The position numbers and the translations under genes are program-made. Below are positions 14,040-24,402 of a DNA stretch of 64,000 nt, in pieces. Under the pieces are notes generated by a model that saw nothing but the letters and a program-made list of their open reading frames with translations, did no database searches and was not told the origin of the DNA. Location of the stretch: positions 2,581,003 to 2,645,002 of the forward strand of contig MU058065.1 of NCBI GenBank assembly GCA_013265495.1, in the 5' to 3' direction. Within the stretch, counting starts at the first letter, position 1; each line of letters starts with the position of its first letter. Source of the stretch: Vicugna vicugna (taxonomy: Eukaryota).

Positions 14040-16230
14040 TTTAGTTATTTTAAAATTTCAAACATAACTTGTAAAAGACTTTTAAAAATTAAAACAATTT
14101 GAAAGTAAAAAGAGAGAGAGAGAGAAAACGAAAATTCCCCACTTATCCTATTGGACTCCTCTCCCCATGGGAAACCAGTTGTACTGGTTTGGGGTATATC
14201 ATTAAAAACTTTTTCCATATAGCTATTGTCACATACACATATAGACACACAGCAGAATGCGTGTGTCTATATGTGTATATATATATGCACATGTATATAA
14301 TATATCATATACAAACATATTTACATAATTTATAAAAACACAAACCAGATTATTTTATACATATTAGTCTGAAAAATGTTTTCTCCTCCTGCTCCTCCCA
14401 TTTTCTGTTTTATTTTTTTTTTTTAGCATATGGCTTTTATCTGAGATAGCTCCTAGAGCTCTAGCCATTGCATCCCTATTCCAGACAAGAATAAGGAAGA
14501 AAGAGATGGGGAGAAAGAAAAAACAAGTTAGCAGCTTGAGCCCATGCCTGTAATGAGTTCTTAGAAATCCACAAACTTTTGTTTATACAGCTTTGGCTAT
14601 AAGCTTTTGCAAGAAAGCCCCTTATACAGGGAAGTTCAATCAGTAAAGAAAAAGAGGAGAGTGGATATTGGTTAGCTTATATGATAATCATGATTGGAGA
14701 TCATTTAATCACTGTATGTCTTCCTCATTCTTTTGCATGATGCAGAGTATTCCATAAAATGGTTCTATCACACATTATGTAACCATTAGCCTATTACAAA
14801 TAATTAGATTGTTTCTAGTTTTTTAATTGAAAATAATATTAACTATTGACATATTTATACAAATATCTGTATGTATGTGTCTTGGGAAATTTTTCAGGTT
14901 AGACACCCAGAGTTGGAATTTCTCAGTTAAAAGATAATGTATACTTCGATTTTGTTATATAACACCAAACTACAGTTACAATGTTTAATTTACACTCTGT
15001 CAGAATCTACAAGTGCCTATTTGCCCATATATATGCCTGCACTGATTTGAAATATAACTATCTGTGTATGAGCATGCATATGTGGGCTTGTTTCTGGATT
15101 CTCTGTTTTGTAAATTTGACCTATTTGTTTACTTCTGAGTCAAAATTACACTTTAAAAATTACCATAGTCTTATACTTTGCTTTGATATATGTTAGAGCA
15201 AGTGAGTACATACTTTTGTTGCTCCTTAACAAAAAATTCGTGTCTGTTTTTGCACATTTTTCTCTTCTGGATGAATTTGAGAAACTGCTTACCAATTTCT
15301 ATACTGTATTTGTAAACATAATACATCTCCTCAGAATGTCTTTTCAACTCTTCATAAAAGTAATGCACAATATTACTGGCATTATTTTCTGGGTGTTTTG
15401 TAGTTACTATTATTATTGTAATATTTTTGTTCCATTACATTTTCTAATTGATTATTGCTAATACAATAAAAAATTGTCCAGTTTTAAAACTTCCTTCTCA
15501 GTTCTTATAGGACATTTTTTTCTCATTAGATTCTCTTGGGTCTTCTAGGTAGACAATAATATCACCTAACTAATGAGTTTTTGATTTCATTTTTTCTAAA
15601 AATGAATGTATAGTTTTATATTTTTTCTTATCTTTTCCATTGGCCAGGACTGCCAACAAAATGTCAAAGAGCAATGGTGATTCTGAAAATCTGTATCATC
15701 TTCCTGATTTTGATGCACATGCTTCAAATATTTTACCAATAGGTAAAATGTTTGCTCTCAATTTCTCTTAGTCAATGTTTATAAAATAAGTCTGTTTCTT
15801 ATTTGCTAATATCATTTTGAAAAGTAGGAACATGTCAAAATCTATCAAGTGCTGAGTAGAATCTATTAAGCTCTATTAAACTGATTATATGGATCTCCCC
15901 TTTAATTTGTTAATGAATGTAGTGTAACTGATGGTTCCATAATTTTCTTTCTTTTTTTCTAGTTTTATCTGGTTTTTGTATTAGGGTTATAGTTGTTTAA
16001 TTGAATGAGTTGGAAAATAAGTCTTATCAATTTTAGAAATTCTGAAGCAGGATATAGAAATTTATATAACATTGATGTTATGTTTTCTATGAAGATTTGG
16101 GAAAATCTGGCTATGGAATCATGAGTCTGATGCTTTAAAAAAAATTAGAGTCATTTGACCAACTTTTCATTTTTTTTCCAGTGTCTATTCATCTACCTAC
16201 CCATGTTTTCTACCTCTTATTGAGTATTCT
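14040..16230 (-). mobile_element. Ancient L1ME-like remnant, with a possible MLT fragment at ~14420-14670
   Basis: Antisense L1 motifs: gttggaatttctcagttaaaag, tttctggattctctgttttg, ttggccaggactgccaacaaaatgtc, catcttcctgattttgatg. Confidence 0.7.
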
Positions 16231-19200
16231 TTTATGACTTAAGGAATCTCATCCATATCTGCTGATGAGGTCCCCAAGACCTTAGATATTCTTTGATTCC
16301 TTTTGGGAAAACTTTCTTTTCCTAGTGAAAGTCATTTTTGTCTTCATGGAGTTCCTTCAGATGTGAACCACTTGATTAGAATGGGTGCTCTCTCCCCCAA
16401 GAATGCTGATTGGTGACAGCAGGGACTTCTGCCTGCCTGGCACACAGTACACACTCTCTAGTATTTGTTGGGGAGTAAATGTTGCAGCTCACTATCAATT
16501 GTTCCATCTTCTGACAACTTTTCTGCCTTTTTGGAGCTGCAGTGGCTGTGTTTTTGTATTTCTTTTGTGATTGTAATGGGGCTTGAGAGAGGGGAGCACA
16601 GGTTTAGTAAGCCATCTTGAAATGGTAGCTGCAACCATCACGCAGTCTTCCCGGTGATTTAATGCCTAGCAATAAAGACACACTGTTCCCTTGGGCAGCT
16701 TTTATCTTTTCTTTTTCATTGTATTCCTCCCCTTTCCACAATTCTCCGAGAGTCACATATTAAGAAATAATTCTATTGAAAGATTTGCTTACCGTTCCTT
16801 ATCAACTTAATTCTTTATCGATAGTCCCTGGTCATCTTAGCTTTCTTAATCCCTTTCTGTCACTCCTTTGAAGTAGAACTCTGGCTTTTTTCATTCTTTT
16901 TTTTTTTTTTTTTTAAATTCTCACATCATCCTCCATTTGTCTCTTCAAACACTATGCGTCCTTTCCAGTGTAACAAAATCTGGATACCAAACTGAAAAGT
17001 GCGTATCACTAGTTGGCCAGGCCTCCCATGTAGGTCTGTTTTAATCATTACGGAAGAAAACCAAAATTCCCATGTTAGAGGAAGAAGGCAACATTATTCA
17101 GAAAGAAAAAAGCAGGCAAGAAAGCAAGCAAATAAAGAAACAAAAGCCAAATTCACAAAAATGTAAATGGTTAATGACTTTGAGTATGAAGTATATAAGC
17201 ATTCTTTATGCCATTCTTGCAACTTTTCTGTACATGTGAAATTACATCACAATAAAAAGTTGCTAAAAACAGCAAGCAAACATTGTCCAGGCACCTACAG
17301 GGAACCACCAGAGCTTATCAATTACTTTGGAAGAAATTTTCTTCTTCACCATCTCAACTCATCTTCCTGGCATTTCTAACCAACTGTTACTTGGTACAAT
17401 GGAAGTTAGTCCCAGGTTTCAGAGATGGAGGGAGTTAAGTGTAAGCACTCGGGAAGATATCAGGCAAACACAGAAAAATGTGGGGGAAAATGAGGGTAGT
17501 ACTCTTGACACGCTCCTCTTTGCCTGACCTCAGAAATCTTTCTCTCCATCAAAAATTATATTCTGTGATAGAATAAGAATTATCTGAAGTGAAAGAATAG
17601 AGTCTTTTTTCTCTGTTACTTGTTATTTTTGTATTATAGTTCCTTGGGTATCAGAATAATTCCCAACTCTTCCCACTTAACGGCGGTAAGGTTACCACAT
17701 TCACTCAAACTGGCAAATGATAATACCAATAGATCTCTATGGCAATGATGTAAATCTGTATCATGATTGTGGTGGTGGTTACAGGAATCTACCAATTACT
17801 ACTGCTATGTTTGTGAAAAAAATAGCATAAGAATATACACACATTGTATCAATATTGAGCTGGGGACTACCATGGGAACAAAGCCACATCCTGCTCTGAG
17901 CACACTGCCTTTCCCTCAAGGTCCCCGGAAATTACTACAGCAGGGCACGGGCTGGGTATTCTTTTGAAGGTTACTTTTCCAAACAAATCAGGCTCCAAAA
18001 GAAAGTTTTATGGAAAAAAAATTATTCTTTGAAGACAGACTAAATACTAATGTTCTGTTGAGAGTTTTATTCTGAGCTTTTAAGAAGACGATCCATTAAT
18101 AGTAAAGAGCTTTCTTTTTTCATGGTGAAAGCAATCTGATAAACAGGACTTGAGATGAAAGAAAAGATCAGCTGAGTGCATGTACTTGCAAAAACAGAAA
18201 AAAAAACACAAAAGAAAGTACTTAGAAGCTTTTTTTTTTTAATAGGAGTTTTGGAAGCTGGCTGCTTTAGGAGGTGAACCAGTATGTGCCTCATCTGCAT
18301 ACACTTATCCGCAATTCACTTGGTATGTTCCTCCAATCTAATCCTTATGAATGAATGATCAGCATATAAAATTGCATTGAATAGCTGAATGGTAATTCTG
18401 TCCACAGGACATTGTATGTTCTACAGTGGTGATGTCGCGTGTGCCTTCTTCACTGCAGTATCCCCAGCTCTTGGTACAGCAGTGACTTGCATAACTCGTG
18501 AATATGTGCTGAAGGAGTGACCCTGCTCTGAGGATCCCACTGAAGCTCTTCTCTCCAGACCTAAGGGCAGAGGCTGGGACACTCCTGCTTTCCCGAGAAA
18601 TGGACTCAGCAAGCCAACAGCTTCAAAAATCCTCTTCCTAAATCCTCCCTCAACCAGTGTTCTAACCTTTGCTTGCCCCTACTTCCTTATTACAGATGAA
18701 AGGTTTAAGAATTGGCTGATCTTGATCACTTAATTAGAAATTTTAACATTGTAATCTCCCCTAAATCTACTGTTCTTACGCTCAGCTAGAATTGAGACAG
18801 AGACAATCTCATTGTACTAAAGTACACAGTGTCTTAGAAACTTAATTTGCATCTCACTAACAAAGAGTGGCTTAAACACTTGAAAATATCGATAGCTCTC
18901 AGAGTGTGCTTTTCTGCATACGGGCAGGTATTTGAGAACTCTCTTTTCATATCTTCCGTCAGATTTTCTGTTTTGACCTTCTCTTCCTGACTTGTAAAAG
19001 CTCCTTGCATGTTAAAGAATACGTTCTTTGCCCCATGTTCAGGAGGAATAGAGATTAGGAGGAATAGAGATTATATTTTATTCATGGATCCCCAGGCATG
19101 TAATAGATAAATATTTGTTAAAAGAATGAGTGAATGAATATGTATTGCAAATATTTTTCACAGGGAGATTTTCACATGTAATTCTCTTCATTTGCATCAT

Positions 19201-20819
19201 AAAACCAGGATAATTGGACTACTAGCAATATGAAAATTGAGATAAAGACTGCGCATTTGAATCAATAATCATTTCCAATACTCAGAAGACAAACATGGAC
19301 CTTCTGCTTACCTTTATTAACAATAAAAGATTCAACTGGCCTATGAAAATATAGACTTTTGATCATCTGGCCCACTCTGAAAAAGCTTGGTGCTATCTTT
19401 GTGTAAGCAAATATAGAGTAGTATTAGTAGTAGCTGACATTTCTGAGTACGTGTTTTGTGCCAGACACACTGCTAAATGCTTTGCATATAAAGCAAAGAC
19501 ACTCTATTTTGGAGCTTCCTATATCAGCAAAGTGGTTTCTTTTCCTGTTCTCCATATATCTTTAGGACCGAGAGAAGTGGGCAAGCTGAATGCCACCTCT
19601 AAAAGGAGGCTGTGGCATTGCAATGTCCCTTCCAGACAAAGGAAAGCAGTAAAGAGGCTGTGTAAAGAGAGCATTATTGGAAGATGACATATGTTTTGCT
19701 AGCTCTCTCTGGACAAAAGTTCCAGGAAGGGCTAGAGTGAGAAGAGTGTTATATGGGATGAGATAAATTTGAAACAAGCACTTTGATCCCATTCTTTCTT
19801 TGAAAGCCGAGGAGGAGGCTGCCATGCCGTTGGCCCCCTATGTTCAAAGAGATGATGGCGTTAACAAGCGAGTAGGGTGCTAGCCAGACAAACTAGCTTT
19901 CCTGAGCTGCACTTAGCTCCAGTGGGGCATTTATGGGAGCCAGCAGTTCCTAGAAGCCCTTATTGGTGGTAATAAAGAGAAGAACTAAGAATTTTCTAGG
20001 GTTAGAGTCGCCAGACACAGAAGAAAAAAAAAAGGGAGTCACAACGAGATGTCATAGCAAACGTGCATAGGAAAGCAGGGCTCAAGGAACAAGGCAAGTC
20101 TGGACTGAGCCAAAGAAATACATCACAAATGTATCACTTGCAGGCTTGAGCAGTGGGCAGCACTAGAGGGACTGACCCCACCCAGGAACACTGTCATTGG
20201 TCCCTCCACTGAACCCAGGCCTGAGCAAAACCAGAGCAGCCACTCTGCAGTAGAGAGACAGCACGGAATACCCCACACAGCAAAGCACGTGGCGTCTTCT
20301 CGGTCTCCCCTGCTGTGTACATCTCCGGAGAAATCCATCTTGCAGAAGAGACGTAGTGGGAGGATTTGACAATGTTTGCATGAAATATGCTGTTATTCAA
20401 GAGGCAAACTGGAAAGAATTGAGGTCTTGTAGATAGCAGAGTTTAGTGTTTTATTGTGCTACAGTTGTTTCTTTGCCTCTTACTCATGATGGGTGAGGGG
20501 TGGGGATCTTTAGAAAGAGGATTTCAATCAGTTACGGAAATAAGAGCTAGCTTTTCTCAGCACATCGAATAGTGGGGCTTGTATGCTTGTTTGCATCCTT
20601 GTACACCAGGTATCATTAAATTCTTACCAGAAGTCTTGAAATTTAGAGAGATTAAGTCATTTTAATTTATCTATTCAGCAAGCCAAATGGCTAAATCTAT
20701 AGTCAGACAAAAATTAGTAAACTTTTAGTCCCTCTAGTATTTTGTGAACTGTTGTGTACTTTCAGGGTTAATGTCGTGGTGGCAGAGTAATTTGGAAATG
20801 GTCTGTTCAGCTTAGAAGA

Positions 20820-21110
20820 AATATTTTGCGTTTAAGCTCCGCTGCTGATGCAGCTCAGCACTGGGGGGTTGTGAATTGTTTCTGGCTCGCCATCAGAGCG
20901 GAAATGCGTGAGAAAGCACGGCGGGTTGGCTGGGCTCCTACCCTGGGTGAATGCGGTGCAGATGGTCCTACCGAGGATGAAACGCCTGCCGGAGAGATGT
21001 TCAGTAGGTTAATTGTGCACGTTCTCTGATGAGTCAGCCCATAATTGCTGACACCAATATGTTTGATGTTGCTGCCTCAGGGGCTTAATGTGTGAGTCAG
21101 ATGATGGCAA
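20820..21110. promoter_or_regulatory. Candidate enhancer (CpG-retaining unique sequence with two AP-1 sites)
   Basis: About 12 CpGs in 20821-21030 outside any recognised repeat; TGAGTCA at 21030-21036 and 21093-21099. Confidence 0.35.
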
Positions 21111-21689
21111 TGAAGAGAAAGTTGGCCTTGTTTCCTGAAATCTTAGAAACTGAGCAATATGTTATTGAACTTGGTCTGTGATCGAAATCACTTTAGGGGA
21201 AAAATCAAAAGCCAGAATGAAAAACGTATGACTGATAACGCTGCATGCATTGTGAAGGTAACTGAATTGAACCACTAACTGTAATGTAACTGGCTGTTAG
21301 TTTTTATGAAGGTGAATGCAATCAGCTTAACCTAATTTTAATCTCAGTTTTCCTTCCCCAAGCACATATTTCCTATTCACAACCTCAGAGTGCACCTTAG
21401 AAAGCCAGTGAAGTCCTCAAGCCTGCAGTAATTGCATAGGTCACCAGTGGCAGAACAGGCGGGTCATTAGGCCTGCTGATTCCTTGTGAATTTCTTCATC
21501 CTTTATGACTTAGTTTTTATTTTTTGACTATGTAAAGCCCTTATGTGATTTCAAAAACATTTAAGAAGATATATCTGTAAAATTCACATTTTCATCCCTA
21601 GTCCTCCCACCTGATCCAACCCACCCCCATAGGTAACTGTTTTCATTTGTTTTATTAGTACTTTTGTCTTTTAATATATGAAAGTAATG

Positions 21690-22226
21690 TGGAAACAGCC
21701 CAAGTGTCTATCAACAGATGAGTGAGTGAAAAACAAATGTGGTATATATAAACAATGAACTATTATTCAGTCTCAGTAAAGAAGGAAACCCTGCCATTTG
21801 CACAACATGGATGAACCTGGAGGACATCATGTTAAGTGTAATAAGTCAGTGACAGAAGGACAACGAGGTATCTGAAATAGTCGGACTCATAGAAGCAGAG
21901 AACATAATAATGGTTGCCAGGAGGGTGGGTGGGGGAAATGAGGAATTGTTATTCCATAGGTATAACGTTTCAGTTTGCTAGATGAATAAACTCTAGATAT
22001 CAGCTGTACAACATAGTGCTTGAGGTTAACAATATGTGTTGTGCATTTCAAAATTTGTTGAGAGAATAACTGTTCTTACCAAAGCAAAACAATACAAAAA
22101 CAAAAGAACATGTGGAAACTCCAGAAGGTGTTGGAATGCTGACTACTTTGATCATGATGATGGTATTAAAGGTGTTTGCATATGTCCAAACTCTTCCAAC
22201 TGTACACATTAAATATGTTCAGTTCT
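21690..22226 (+). mobile_element. Old L1MA-like 3' end (ORF2 tail and 3'UTR), target of the young L1
   Basis: Degenerate ggaaacagcccaagtgtctatcaacagatg...atggatgaacctggaggacatcatgttaagtg. The sequence resumes as ttgtatatcaattat after the right TSD (28533-28547). Confidence 0.85.
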
Positions 22227-22560
22227 AGGGCGGAGCGCCAAACGGGGCGGAGCGCGACCGTTGCAGAGCGCGCAGCCGCACAGAACAGCGGAGCTACCGG
22301 CGGCGCAGGCAGGGGGAGAGCGGCCCCCCGCCTGTCGGGCAGGAACACAACCCCTGACCGAAGTGCTGGGAGGGGGCACGACCCGCCCTCCTGCCTGGCC
22401 AGTCTGCAACATCTGACTGCGGCATCCGGAGGGGCAGTGACCCGCCCGCCCACAGCAGAGGAGAGCTGCACCTGACCCCGTGTTAGGAGGAGGCGCGATC
22501 GGCTTGCCGACAGGTGCTGGGAGCAGCACAGAAGAGGGCGCCAACGGAGGGCCTCTGAAA
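22227..22560 (+). promoter_or_regulatory. L1 internal promoter / CpG-island-like 5'UTR segment
   Basis: Very GC- and CpG-rich against an AT-rich background. GC boxes GGGCGG at 22228 and 22245; CCGCCC motifs near 22383 and 22442. Confidence 0.8.
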
Positions 22561-23102
22561 ACAAGCTGAGCTTCCAAAACAGGACGAAGACAGAAGGACA
22601 TCACATTAAAAGCACACACACTCCAGAACACCGACAACCCCCTTTTTTTTTTTGTTTGTTTGTTTTTTGTTTTTGTTTTTGTTTTGTTTTTTTAATCTGT
22701 TTTTACCTGTTCTATTTTCAATTACTCTCTTAATTTTTACTTTTTAATTCATTTCTATTTCTCTTGGGTTTTGATGTCCTGTTATTGATTAGACACAGGC
22801 TTCAAACACATAAATTCATCTCCCCACCCCCCCCTTTTTTTTAAAGGTTTTAAAAGGACGTCTCCACCCGATTAATACTCTGCTTCAACCTGCTCTTCTA
22901 TTATTCATTATACATTGTTATCAAACCCTCTTTCTCCCTTCTTTTAAAAATCTTTCTCTCTCTCTCTCTTATTTTTTTCTCTCTTTTTTTCTTTTTTCTT
23001 TTTTTCCCCTAAGTTCTATTCCTAAATAGGCATTAGATAGATAAAATCCTTAAGATCCAAAATAGACAACTGATACTCCATAAACCACAGTGCCAGAGAG
23101 GT

Positions 23103-24005
23103 ATGAGCAAGATGAAGAAGCAGAGAAACCTTTCCCAATTAAAAGAACAAGAGGAATCCCCTGAAAGAAAGCTCAATGAAATAGACATCGATAGCCTACT
23201 AGATCAAGATTTCAAAAAAGGAGTGATCAAATTGCTGAAGGAATTAAAAGAGATAATGCTTAGAGAAATAAAATATGTCAAAAATGAAATTGAAGCTATA
23301 AAGAAGAGCCAAGCAAAATGGGAAAACTCATTGACAGACATGAGGAATGATCTAACAGCTGTGCAAAGCCGACTAGTTAATGCAGAGGAACGAATTAGTG
23401 ATCTAGAAGACAGGGCAACAGAAAGCACCCATTCAGAAGAACTACAAGATAAGCAAATAAAAAATAATGATAATAGCATAAGGGACCTATGGGATAATAT
23501 AAAGCGTCCCAATCTTCGCATAATAGGGGTCCCAGAAGGGGAAGAAGGATCAAAGGGGATTGAAAAGGTTTTTGAAGAAATCATGACTGAAAACTTCCCA
23601 AACTTAAAGAAGGAATCAGATATCCAAGTACAGGAAGCTCAGAGGGTCCCAAACAGGAAGAATCCAAATAGACCCACACCAAGACATATCATAATCAAGA
23701 TGGCCAGAGTCAAGGATAAAGAAATGATTCTAAAGGCAGCAAGAGAAAAGCAAAGAGTGAACTACAAGGGAACCCCCATAAGGCTCTCAGCTGATTTCTC
23801 TACACAAACACTACAGGCCAGAAGGGAGTGGCAAGATATATTCAAAGCCCTGAATGAAAAAAAGATGCAGCCTAGGATACTTTATCCAGCAAGGCTATCC
23901 TTTAGGATAGAAGGAGAAATAAAGAGTTTCACAGACAAAAAAAAGCTGCAGGAGTTTAGCAACACTAAACCCATGCTAAAAGAAATATTGAAAGGGCTAT
24001 TCTAA
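23103..24005 (+). CDS. ORF1: LINE-1 ORF1p, RNA-binding nucleic acid chaperone (coiled coil, RRM, CTD)
   Basis: 300-aa open frame with L1 ORF1 motifs LWDNIKRPNLRIIGVPEGEE, ENFPNL, TPRHIIIK, ARREW, YPARLSF. Confidence 0.97.
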   Translation: MSKMKKQRNLSQLKEQEESPERKLNEIDIDSLLDQDFKKGVIKLLKELKEIMLREIKYVKNEIEAIKKSQAKWENSLTDMRNDLTAVQSRLVNAEERISDLEDRATESTHSEELQDKQIKNNDNSIRDLWDNIKRPNLRIIGVPEGEEGSKGIEKVFEEIMTENFPNLKKESDIQVQEAQRVPNRKNPNRPTPRHIIIKMARVKDKEMILKAAREKQRVNYKGTPIRLSADFSTQTLQARREWQDIFKALNEKKMQPRILYPARLSFRIEGEIKSFTDKKKLQEFSNTKPMLKEILKGLF

Positions 24006-24402
24006 ATAGAAAAGCAGCAGGATGCTACAGAAATGAGAAACGTACAACTGGAAAGGTGATAACTCATGAATTACAAATAAAGAAAACACGAAATTATAAA
24101 AGAAGACATACAAATCACTGAGAGTGGGAGAGGGAGGCAGGGAAATATAGAATTTTTTTTCTTTCTTTTTTAAATTTTTTTAACAGTAGGATGGGTTTGA
24201 GATCATGTTATTATCAGTTTATTAAAAACGGGTATAGGTTAATAGATTTACAAAAAAGGGTAACCACAAGTCAAAAATTTACAAGGGAGTCACAAAAATT
24301 AAATAAAATCCATGATAATACAAAGGAAAATTACCAAACCACAAAAGGAAGAAGAAAGGAACAAAGAGGATATACCAATTCAACTGCAAAGATAAGTTCA
24401 AA

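Noticed and set aside
19041..19072. Perfect 16-bp tandem duplication aggaggaatagagatt x2
   Set aside because: Ordinary slippage duplication, two copies only; not an array.
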